Below are positions 26,344-33,977 of a stretch of DNA of 46,968 nucleotides, in pieces; the first letter of the stretch is position 1, and every line of letters begins with the position of its first letter. A model generated the notes under the pieces. The model saw only the letters and a program-made list of their open reading frames with translations, was not told where the DNA came from and made no database searches. The stretch is taken from NCBI GenBank assembly GCA_016186245.1, contig JACPLZ010000011.1, positions 1 to 46,968 on the forward strand, given 5' to 3'. A program made the position numbers and the translations under genes. Origin of the DNA: Candidatus Peregrinibacteria bacterium. Lineage in GTDB: Bacteria > Patescibacteriota > Gracilibacteria > UBA1369 > LOWO2-01-FULL-3.

Positions 26344-27849
26344 CTATTTTCTCTTTTTTCCGATCAGTCTGCCTAAACCAAGGGATACGAGTATCAATGC
26401 CGCGACTCCAGGACCGGTTTCAGCCAGGACTACTTTGGCAATTGAACCTTCGCTTTCATTTCCAGCTTCATCTTTCTGCGTCAATTTAAACCAGTATTCT
26501 CCGGGCGCAAATTCACCGGCTTCATATTTATCGGCTGCCGGTTCAAGACCAGTTTGCTTGGAGTACGCATCACCTTTATTTCTGCTTAAATAGAGTATCT
26601 GTTCTACGGCGTCGCCTGCATTCTCTGCCGGCACTTTCCATTTAAGGGTTATCAGATATTTTTCCGCCTGCAGCAATTTTTCAGCGATAAAATTTGCGGC
26701 ATCTTTTGGCGGAATCAAATCATCGATACTGCCGGTTTCACCTTTTCCCTCGAAATTCATTGTCAGAATTCCCGCTTCAGGCAATTCATTTTCCGCTTCA
26801 TCGGTAATGCCAGCAACGGTGAGAATATAAGTTTTTTTACCTTGAGGAGATGTGGTCAAAATCGCGGTGGAATCTTCAGTCCCTTCGCTATTTGGGCTGA
26901 GCTCCACGCCCAAAACAGTGACACTTTCGGCAACTTCGTCATCCGATGTGATTACAAAATTTTCTGCCGGATCAATTCCCAAAACGATCCCTTCATTAAA
27001 ATCGACACGGATATGGGTTGCATCAATTGCTTCAACTGCAACCAGGGCTGGCGCATCCTTGTCTTCCGGCGCTTTCGGCTCGCCGCTGCCAACGAATAAA
27101 GCAGTGTCCGATGTGCCGCTGGAAATGGGATTTTCATATCTGTCTTTCACTCCCGTGCCAACTTCCAGTTTATAATTTACAAGTTCTTCCTGGGGTTCTG
27201 TTGTAAGAATAACGGTGCTCGCGCCCGCATCCGATGCGTCCATAATTGCCGCCAATACGTTCAGAGATTCAAAAGTATCATCATTTTCGATGGTAAATTC
27301 ATCCTGGGCATTTTCCGCAGGCAACACAACAGGCTCAGAAAAAACAACTTTTACTTCTTCTTGATTAAGCGCTTCAGCATCAGTAACTTTCGGCGCTTCC
27401 TCATCGGAGATATCGCCGGCATCAGCGGTTGGAATTACCTCCGCTTCCGGAGCCAATAGGCCGCTTTCATTTCCCGCTTCATCATAGGCGACAATGGAAA
27501 AATAATAGGTTGTATCATTGTCCAGATTTTCTACCGTGAATTCATAAAGACCATCGTCATTTTTTTCCGGAATTTTCGCGTCTGCAAAATTCGGATTTTC
27601 ACCATCAAGACTGTAAAATTCCCCCTGCTCTTTGACCTGTGTCAAACCGTAATGAATAAAATACCCATCAACCGCGACATTGTCTTCAACCCCGCTCCAT
27701 TCCACTTTCGCGGCGCTATCTAAAGGGGTAACCGTTAATTTCTCGATATTACCGGGATTTTCCGTGTCTTCATCGGCCTGCGCAATTACAGCAAGCGGAG
27801 TCGACAATAGCATCATTACGGCGGCAAGCATAAAAATTATCTTTTTCAT
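26344..27849 (-). CDS. Surface protein with fibronectin-type-III-like domains and a C-terminal LAETG sortase sorting signal
   Basis: Signal peptide MKKIIFMLAAVMMLLSTPLAVIAQA. Fn3-like motifs (VEWSGVEDNVAVDGYFIHYG, YYFSIVAYDEAGNES, YWFKLTQKDEAGNES). The C-terminus is LAETG followed by the hydrophobic stretch PGVAALILVSLGLGRLIG and the basic tail KKRK. Confidence 0.8.
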   Translation of the reverse strand: MKKIIFMLAAVMMLLSTPLAVIAQADEDTENPGNIEKLTVTPLDSAAKVEWSGVEDNVAVDGYFIHYGLTQVKEQGEFYSLDGENPNFADAKIPEKNDDGLYEFTVENLDNDTTYYFSIVAYDEAGNESGLLAPEAEVIPTADAGDISDEEAPKVTDAEALNQEEVKVVFSEPVVLPAENAQDEFTIENDDTFESLNVLAAIMDASDAGASTVILTTEPQEELVNYKLEVGTGVKDRYENPISSGTSDTALFVGSGEPKAPEDKDAPALVAVEAIDATHIRVDFNEGIVLGIDPAENFVITSDDEVAESVTVLGVELSPNSEGTEDSTAILTTSPQGKKTYILTVAGITDEAENELPEAGILTMNFEGKGETGSIDDLIPPKDAANFIAEKLLQAEKYLITLKWKVPAENAGDAVEQILYLSRNKGDAYSKQTGLEPAADKYEAGEFAPGEYWFKLTQKDEAGNESEGSIAKVVLAETGPGVAALILVSLGLGRLIGKKRK

Positions 27850-27878
27850 ATTTGTTTTATTTTTATTTTTATCACCGA

Positions 27879-27887
27879 ATTATAGCA
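27879..27887 (-). promoter_or_regulatory. Candidate extended -10 (TGCTATAAT) for the LAETG surface-protein gene
   Basis: The minus strand reads TGCTATAAT followed by a 29-nt A/T-rich leader to the ATG at 27849. The repeat array begins about 30 bp further upstream. Confidence 0.45.
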
Positions 27888-27915
27888 AAAAATAGCGGCA
27901 AAAGCAATGCTGGAA

Positions 27916-28248
27916 ATCCTGAAACAAGTTCAGGATGACATTTTTTGTGTCATGCCGGTTCAGGATGACATTTTTTGTGTCATGCCGGTTCAGGATGACA
28001 TTTTTTGTGTCATGCCGAACTTGTTTCGGCATCTCTTGAGGTTGATCGCTACGATAGATCCTGAAACAAGTTCAGGATGACACGATTAGAGTTCAGAATG
28101 ACACGATTAGAGTTCAGAATGACACGATTAGAGTTCAGGATGACACGATTAAAGTTCAGGATGACATTTTTTGTGTCATGCCGAACTTGTTTCGGCATCT
28201 CTTGAGGTTGATTGCTCCGATAGATCCTGAAACAAGTTCAGGATGACA
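27916..28248. repeat. Composite hairpin and tandem-repeat array built on the core GGATGACA
   Basis: Hairpin H1 (ATCCTGAA-ACAAG-TTCAGGAT) at 27916, 28058 and 28224. Three 30-bp units at 27927-28016. Hairpin H3 (ATGCCGAA-CTTGT-TTCGGCAT) at 28012 and 28178. Four 21-bp units at 28083-28166. A 94-bp segment is duplicated (27989-28082 and 28155-28248, 2 mismatches). Confidence 0.95.
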
Positions 28249-29491
28249 TTGATGGCGGTTCTATTTTCGTAATTTTCACCTTATCCACAACCTTTTTCTT
28301 CATTTTAACGACAAGTACTTTTGCCCTTTCCAATTCAATCATCTCTCCCTCCCTCGGAAATCTATGCAGATGCTCAAGCAAAAACGTATTAATAGTATCA
28401 TGCTCATTTGCCGCAAATTTCATTTTGAAAAAATCATTCACGTCTTCGATCAGCGTGGCCCCCGTGGCAATGATATTGTTACTATCGATAATTTCGATAG
28501 GGTGCTCCGAAGGATCAAATTCATCCACTATCTCTCCCACAATTTCTTCCAGCAGATCCTCCATGGTAACAAGGCCGGCCGTGCCGCCGTGTTCATCGAT
28601 CACTATGGCCATGTGCAGGTGTTTTCTTTGAAACTCTCTGAACAATTTGTCTATTTTTTTTGACATCGGCGCTTCCAGCGGCATGGTCAGTTTCAGCTCC
28701 TCCAGTTTCCTGTTATGGGGATGTTCATCATAAAATTTCAGCAGTTCTTTGATGTTGATTACGCCGATGATATTGTCGATAGTCTTGCGGTAAACTGGAA
28801 TCCGCGAATGAGAATGTCTGATGGCGAAATCCACGGCATCATCCAGCGTTGTAGCGCTTTCCAGAGCGCCAATTCCAACTCGCGGCGTCATGATCTCGCC
28901 AACCTCGATATCGTTAAATTCCAGCACGTTTTCAATGAATTCCTGTTCCTGCTTATTGATTGTTCCTTCCCTTGTTCCTATTTTCAGCATGGCAACAAGC
29001 TCGCCTTCCGTAATCGTACTGCTCTTTTTTGTCCCAAAAATTCTGTTTGCGACAATCACAACTTCTTTAAAAAACCAGACTATCGGATACAGAATGGTCT
29101 GCAGAAAATATATCGGGCGCGCCACCAAAAGAGATATTGATGCCGAATGTTGATGGGCAAAAGATTTCGGCAAAATTTCGCCAAAAACCAGAATCATGAA
29201 AGTCATGATACCTGTGGCGATACCTACTCCGGAATCGCCGAACAGTCTGGTAAAAACCACGGCTGCGTAGGCGCTCGCGCTGATATTTACAACATTATTT
29301 CCAACAAGGATTGTGATAAGAAGTTTATGCGGGTCCTCTTTCAGCTTTTTTAAAATACCGCTGTTGGCAGCCATTTTTGCCACCAATTCACTTACTTTTG
29401 ACGGTCTTAACGAAATCAATGCTGTTTCGCTCGCGGAAAAAAATGCGGACAGAATAACCAGTGCGGCCAGAACCAAAAATTGCGAAGACAT
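28238..29491 (-). CDS. CNNM/CorC/HlyC-family transporter (DUF21, CBS pair, CorC_HlyC domains)
   Basis: SASETALISL (DUF21), a CBS pair region (IMTPRVGIGAL..., IPVYRKTIDNIIGVINIKELL), and a C-terminal transporter-associated domain. The ATG at 29491 (MSSQFLVLAAL) is preferred over the ORF-track start at 29581, which would run through the divergent argS start. Confidence 0.9.
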   Translation of the reverse strand: MSSQFLVLAALVILSAFFSASETALISLRPSKVSELVAKMAANSGILKKLKEDPHKLLITILVGNNVVNISASAYAAVVFTRLFGDSGVGIATGIMTFMILVFGEILPKSFAHQHSASISLLVARPIYFLQTILYPIVWFFKEVVIVANRIFGTKKSSTITEGELVAMLKIGTREGTINKQEQEFIENVLEFNDIEVGEIMTPRVGIGALESATTLDDAVDFAIRHSHSRIPVYRKTIDNIIGVINIKELLKFYDEHPHNRKLEELKLTMPLEAPMSKKIDKLFREFQRKHLHMAIVIDEHGGTAGLVTMEDLLEEIVGEIVDEFDPSEHPIEIIDSNNIIATGATLIEDVNDFFKMKFAANEHDTINTFLLEHLHRFPREGEMIELERAKVLVVKMKKKVVDKVKITKIEPPSMSS

Positions 29492-29555
29492 ATTTTGGTG
29501 AAAAAAATGACTGAAACCAAAATATATGTTTTCTGGATTTTTCTCAAGAATTAAG

Positions 29556-29567
29556 TAAAATAACGCT
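29556..29567 (+). promoter_or_regulatory. Candidate -10 box TAAAAT placed 6 nt upstream of the argS-fusion ATG (leaderless geometry)
   Basis: TAAAAT-AACGCT-ATG. The hexamer is at 29556-29561 and the ATG at 29568. Confidence 0.45.
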
Positions 29568-32171
29568 ATGCAGCTGATCATAGACAGGAAAATTTTTGAT
29601 GAATATCACGACCTCAAAATAGGAGCGATAATAATCCGCGGATTTAACAACAGCAAAAGAAGCTCCGCAATCGAGAGTCTGCTTCGCGGCGTTTGCGCCC
29701 AGAGGCGGCGTGAATTCCAGGATAAAGACATCCACGAAAATCCGATGATAAAAGTATGGGATCAGACTTATGGACGGTTTGGAGTCAATCCAAAAAAATT
29801 TCCGCCGTCAATTTCAGCTCTTTTAAAAAGAATCCGGACCGGAAAATATCTGTCCCACATCAACCCTTTGGTAGACCTTTATAATTATTTTTCGCTGAAA
29901 TATCTGCTGCCAATCGGAGGTGAAGACATTGATTGGCTTTGCGGAGATTTGCGTCTGGCTTTCACAAAAGGGGGAGAGGCATTCCGTCCGATTGGTTCAA
30001 TAGAAGTGGAAACAGCCAAAGAAGGCGAAATAGCCTACATGGATAAGGGCGGCATAACCAGCCAATACTGGAATTATCACGAATGTGAAAGAACGAAATT
30101 CACGGAACGGACGACAAATGCCGTCATCTTGATTGAGGATTTGAGCAAAATGCACATGGATGAATTCGGCCGCATTCTGGATGACTTGCAGAATAATATT
30201 TTGAAATACATTGGAGGACAAATTGAATCTTATCTTTTGAATGAAGAAAATCCTGCCATTGAGCTCGGCGCTCAAGGCAGGACTCATGCCGATGATGCAA
30301 AAATCCCACAGCAGGAAAGAGCCCACTTTTTGGAGCAGGAGTTGCGGGCGGAACGGGCAGTCTCTCCGGCTTCCGCTTCTTCCAATTCAAAAAAAAAACC
30401 TTGGAACAGCTCAGGCTCTTCTAAGCAGCTTATTGTAGAGGATAAAACATCTATTAGGAGTAAAATCGGCAGTCTTTTTGTCAAAGCTTTGGGGCAAATC
30501 GCACCGGGATTAAAACCGGAAATCCGTCTGGAAAATCCAGCTTCCGTCGAACACGGAGATTATTCCTCGAACATCGCCATGCAGATCGCAAAATTTTTAA
30601 AAAAATCACCACGCGACATCGCGCAGGAAATTATCAGGAATATTACCAAAAACACTTTGATTGAAAAAGTTACAGTAGAAGGGCCCGGATTCATCAATAT
30701 TTTTATTTCTGAAAAAATTCTGAATAAAGAAATAAATTCCATCATAAAAAAAGATGGCAGTTATGGCTCATCGAAAATCGGCCACGATAAAACCGTCATT
30801 ATTGAATACAGCCAGCCGAATATCGCCAAACCTCTTGGCGTCCACCATCTGCTTTCCACGATTATAGGGCAGAGCATCTATAATCTTTTAAAGCTCCTTG
30901 GCTTTAAAGCGGTCAGCATTAACCATATCGGCGATTGGGGCACGCAGTTTGGCAAACTTATTCATGCGTATAAACAATGGGGGGATAAAAAAACAGTCGA
31001 AAAAAATCCGATCAGCGAGCTCCTTAAATTGTATGTAAGATTTCACAACGAAGCCGAAAAAGACCAATCTCTTGAGGACAAAGGACGCGAGGAATTTAAA
31101 AAATTTGAGGAGGGCGACAGCGGGAGCAGGAAACTATGGCAATGGTTTGTGGACGAAAGCATGAAGGAAGTGGAAAAAACATACGGCATGCTTGGCGGAA
31201 TTCATTTTGATTATGTCCAGGGGGAAAGTTTTTACGAAGATAAAATGGGGGCGATTTTCGAGGAAGGCAAGAAAAGAGGAATATTTGTGAAAGGGGAGGA
31301 AGGCGCTTATGTAAGCGTTTTTGACGATCCTGATATCCCAACTGTGCCGGTGCGGAAAAAGGATGGCGCCACTTTATATATAACCCGTGATTTTGCAGCT
31401 TTAAAATATCGTATTGATACATGGCATCCTGAAAAAATTCTTTACGTTGTGGACGTTGCGCAAATTCTGCACTTTAAACAGATATTCGCCACCGCCAGAA
31501 AATTTCCATGGTACGGCGGCGAGGGCGAACACGTAGTGTTTGGACGCATGCAGTTTAAGGATGGAAAAATGAGCACCCGGAAAGGCAATATTATTGCATT
31601 GGATGAAGTGCTTTCGGAAGCCATAAATCGTGCATTGAAAATCGTGTGGGGGAAAAATCCCGACCTTAAAAATAAGGACGAAATTGCGCGCCTCATAGGC
31701 ATCGGCGCAGTAAAATACAATATCCTCTCCCAAAACCGTATTTCCGATATTACGTTTGATTGGGACAAAATGCTTTCACTGGAAGGAAATAGCGCTCCGT
31801 ATTTACAGTACACCTATGCGCGCGCACGGAGCATTTTAAGGAAATCGGAGGAGAAAAATCTGCGGGAATCAGTCGCGGATGATGATTCTGCTCAGGGGTT
31901 CCCTCAGACCAAAATCAGAAATCTAACAGTGCATTTAAGCAAGTTTTCCGAATATATCGTTTTAGCCGCATCGGAATATAAGCCGAATATTATCGCAAAT
32001 TATCTTTATGATTTGGCGCAGAAATTCAATTCTTTTTACAATTCCGTGCCGGTGCTGAGAGCTGCCTCCGCAGCAGATAGAAAACAGCGTCTCAAAATAG
32101 TCAAAGCATCTTCTATAGTCATGAAAAACGGCCTCGGATTATTGGGAATCGAGACTGTTGAAGAAATGTAA
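29568..32171 (+). CDS. argS: Arginyl-tRNA synthetase with an N-terminal B3/4 (PheRS-beta editing-type) domain fusion (867 aa)
   Basis: Residues ~1-225 (MQLIIDRKIFDEYHDLKIGAIIIRGFNN...INPLVDLYNYFSLKYLLPIGGEDID) match the stand-alone B3/4-domain protein pattern. A Ser/Lys-rich linker follows (SPASASSNSKKKPWNSSGSS). The ArgS part covers residues ~300-867: Arg_tRNA_synt_N region (VEHGDYSSNIAMQIA), HIGH-region (PNIAKPLGVHHL), GKMSTRKG, and the DALR anticodon-binding end. Confidence 0.9.
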   Translation: MQLIIDRKIFDEYHDLKIGAIIIRGFNNSKRSSAIESLLRGVCAQRRREFQDKDIHENPMIKVWDQTYGRFGVNPKKFPPSISALLKRIRTGKYLSHINPLVDLYNYFSLKYLLPIGGEDIDWLCGDLRLAFTKGGEAFRPIGSIEVETAKEGEIAYMDKGGITSQYWNYHECERTKFTERTTNAVILIEDLSKMHMDEFGRILDDLQNNILKYIGGQIESYLLNEENPAIELGAQGRTHADDAKIPQQERAHFLEQELRAERAVSPASASSNSKKKPWNSSGSSKQLIVEDKTSIRSKIGSLFVKALGQIAPGLKPEIRLENPASVEHGDYSSNIAMQIAKFLKKSPRDIAQEIIRNITKNTLIEKVTVEGPGFINIFISEKILNKEINSIIKKDGSYGSSKIGHDKTVIIEYSQPNIAKPLGVHHLLSTIIGQSIYNLLKLLGFKAVSINHIGDWGTQFGKLIHAYKQWGDKKTVEKNPISELLKLYVRFHNEAEKDQSLEDKGREEFKKFEEGDSGSRKLWQWFVDESMKEVEKTYGMLGGIHFDYVQGESFYEDKMGAIFEEGKKRGIFVKGEEGAYVSVFDDPDIPTVPVRKKDGATLYITRDFAALKYRIDTWHPEKILYVVDVAQILHFKQIFATARKFPWYGGEGEHVVFGRMQFKDGKMSTRKGNIIALDEVLSEAINRALKIVWGKNPDLKNKDEIARLIGIGAVKYNILSQNRISDITFDWDKMLSLEGNSAPYLQYTYARARSILRKSEEKNLRESVADDDSAQGFPQTKIRNLTVHLSKFSEYIVLAASEYKPNIIANYLYDLAQKFNSFYNSVPVLRAASAADRKQRLKIVKASSIVMKNGLGLLGIETVEEM

Positions 32172-32175
32172 TTTT

Positions 32176-32268
32176 TGGCGGAGAGGGGGGGATTCGAACC
32201 CCCGCGGCCACTATTGTGACCCTACAGGTTTAGCAAACCCGCCTCTTCAGCCTCTTGAGTACCTCTCC
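32176..32268 (-). tRNA. tRNA-Ser (anticodon GCU), class II long variable arm, CCA encoded
   Basis: Reverse complement folds as acceptor GGAGAGG/CCTCTCC, 3-bp D stem, anticodon stem CGGGT/ACCTG with loop TTGCTAA, variable arm GGTCAC-AATA-GTGGCC, T arm GGGGG-TTCGAAT-CCCCC, discriminator G, then CCA. Confidence 0.9.
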
Positions 32269-32376
32269 AGTTTGCAAACGCCAGGGCATGATAACAGATT
32301 TTTTATATTTAGCAAAAAAGTTTTTGAGGACATACGGAATACGCCGACGAGAGATGAATAATTAAATTGGCGCTTC

Positions 32377-33711
32377 TTAAAATCCGTCCGGATCCCCGAT
32401 TTCAGCCGGATCGGCAAAAATACGGTAAAATACGGTTACCGCCATCGCTCTTGAGAACGGGACCTTGGCGTCAAAAGCCCCGTCTTTATCATTCATGAAT
32501 TTTAAATAACTCATTACCCTTATATACGGCAGCGCCCAATCGGAATATTCATCGCTTGGTATAAAATTAAATAATGCCTCGTCTTCAGCGTCAGATATGA
32601 CCACGCTGTCTTTCGTAAAACCCACCACATTGGCAATCATTTTAGCGGCCTGCTCGCGGGTTACCGGATCGTCGCAGCCAAATTTGCCGCCGCCGACACC
32701 GCTCCAGTAACCGGCATCAACGCCCGTATAGACGTAAGGCGCCGCCCAATGATCGGCAGGCACATCGGTAAAACCGCTTACATGGCTTCCATCAACGTCA
32801 ACTTCATGAGCTTCCAAAAGCATTTTGGAAAACTCGCAGCGTGTAGCGCCATCCGTTGGCCGGAAATTGTCATCATACTTGACCCAGCCTTTGGCGGCGG
32901 CATACCGTACAGGATCGTAAAACCATTCTCCTGCGGGAACATCAAGAAAGCTGTTATTATATTCAAAAAAGCCATCACTGTATGAATCAGATGATTTTGC
33001 CAGATCAAAATAACCAGGATCCATATTCACATAGCCGGTGGTATCGGTAAGCATCATTCCAAAAAGATCATCGGTTACTTTCCCATCCTCAGGCATATAC
33101 AAAATCGCATGTTTGGTTTTATCGTAATACGCCTGGACTATCAGCTCATTTGTAACCGAATGATAGACCTTACCTGTGGCAGGATCGACAAGCGGATAAA
33201 TATATCCATATTCCAGCGGAAGCTTATTGTCATAAACCGTTATTTCCCCAACATCTTTTTGCTCGGCGCATACTTCGGTGGTTGTAGTTAAACAGTGATA
33301 AATCGAACGATCGGTAAAATTGATCCTTGTGCCGTAGGCCTTTAAACTGCTCGTTGAATTACTGTTTTTTTCCAGACAGTAGACATCGCCGCTCGGCCAT
33401 CCTTCAACGCCTATGGCTCCTTCAGGAATAGTCAAACCGGGTACCCCATAATCTCCCGCAGGTACGGGAGTCCCGCCGGACGATGATACATTGCCAGTTT
33501 TCGTTCCATAATCACCATATGTGCCGCTATAGTCTGAACCATTATCGGTATAAAATGAGGGAGTCCAGGTGGAACTTTCATAATCTACATCCCAGCTTGG
33601 ATCATATGATCCTGAGTAATAATCATAACCGTCAAGAAACGCAAAAGCTGCCTGGGAAAAAATAAAAATCCCAAACAAGCAAAGAATAGAGACCTTCAAA
33701 AATTTTTTCAT
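32377..33711 (-). CDS. Secreted protein with C-terminal SLH domains
   Basis: Signal peptide MKKFLKVSILCLFGIFIFSQAAFA. SLH-like units FLDVPAGEWFYDPVRYAAAKGWV...FRPTDGATRCEFSKML and FTDVPADHWAAPYVYTGVDAGYWSG...VTREQAAKMI. Confidence 0.8.
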   Translation of the reverse strand: MKKFLKVSILCLFGIFIFSQAAFAFLDGYDYYSGSYDPSWDVDYESSTWTPSFYTDNGSDYSGTYGDYGTKTGNVSSSGGTPVPAGDYGVPGLTIPEGAIGVEGWPSGDVYCLEKNSNSTSSLKAYGTRINFTDRSIYHCLTTTTEVCAEQKDVGEITVYDNKLPLEYGYIYPLVDPATGKVYHSVTNELIVQAYYDKTKHAILYMPEDGKVTDDLFGMMLTDTTGYVNMDPGYFDLAKSSDSYSDGFFEYNNSFLDVPAGEWFYDPVRYAAAKGWVKYDDNFRPTDGATRCEFSKMLLEAHEVDVDGSHVSGFTDVPADHWAAPYVYTGVDAGYWSGVGGGKFGCDDPVTREQAAKMIANVVGFTKDSVVISDAEDEALFNFIPSDEYSDWALPYIRVMSYLKFMNDKDGAFDAKVPFSRAMAVTVFYRIFADPAEIGDPDGF

Positions 33712-33774
33712 AAATTTGGATTATTTACCAAAAAATTCTACCACTCATAAGCGGCATAAGAAAGTTTTTTATCT

Positions 33775-33864
33775 TGGCGGAGAGACAGGGATTCGAACCC
33801 TGGAGGGGATAAATCCCCTAACGGTTTTCAAGACCGCCGCTTTCGACCGCTCAGCCATCTCTCA
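33775..33864 (-). tRNA. tRNA-Ser (anticodon UGA), class II, CCA encoded; apparent U1-C72 mismatch
   Basis: Reverse complement folds with anticodon stem GCGGT/ACCGT and loop CTTGAAA, variable arm GGGGAT-TT-ATCCCC, and T arm CAGGG-TTCGAAT-CCCTG. The 3' acceptor strand is TCTCTCC-G-CCA. The 5' strand reads TGAGAGA where GGAGAGA is expected. Confidence 0.8.
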
Positions 33865-33911
33865 AAATAAAACGGATGCATATTAGTAAAGAATAAAACA
33901 AAACGCAATCA

Positions 33912-33940
33912 TTGACAAAACAAATAAATGCAAGTATAAT
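33912..33940 (+). promoter_or_regulatory. Consensus sigma-70-type promoter TTGACA-17 nt-TATAAT
   Basis: TTGACA at 33912-33917 and TATAAT at 33935-33940 with an exact 17-bp spacer. It lies 37 nt upstream of the ATG at 33978. Confidence 0.65.
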
Positions 33941-33977
33941 AGCACTATAGGTAAAACAAAAACATAACCCAAAAAAC

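Noticed and set aside
26316-26349. Direct repeat GACAGGCTCACTAT x2 (separated by GACAAT) at the 3' end of the Fn3/LAETG gene
   Set aside because: It has only two short copies, overlaps the stop codon, and has no further copies that I could find by eye. That is too little evidence to call a regulatory site.
27916-28248. Possible CRISPR array, given direct repeats of 21 and 30 bp
   Set aside because: The units are strictly head-to-tail with no unique spacers between them. The repeat lengths and the internal duplication of a 94-bp block do not fit a CRISPR array, and no cas genes are in the window.
32158-32361. 67-aa ORF overlapping tRNA-Ser(GCU), and the ORFs at 33851-34162 and 33883-34134 overlapping tRNA-Ser(UGA) and the consensus promoter
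   Set aside because: These regions are explained by the tRNA genes, the promoter and the start of the 973-aa gene. The ORFs are low-complexity.
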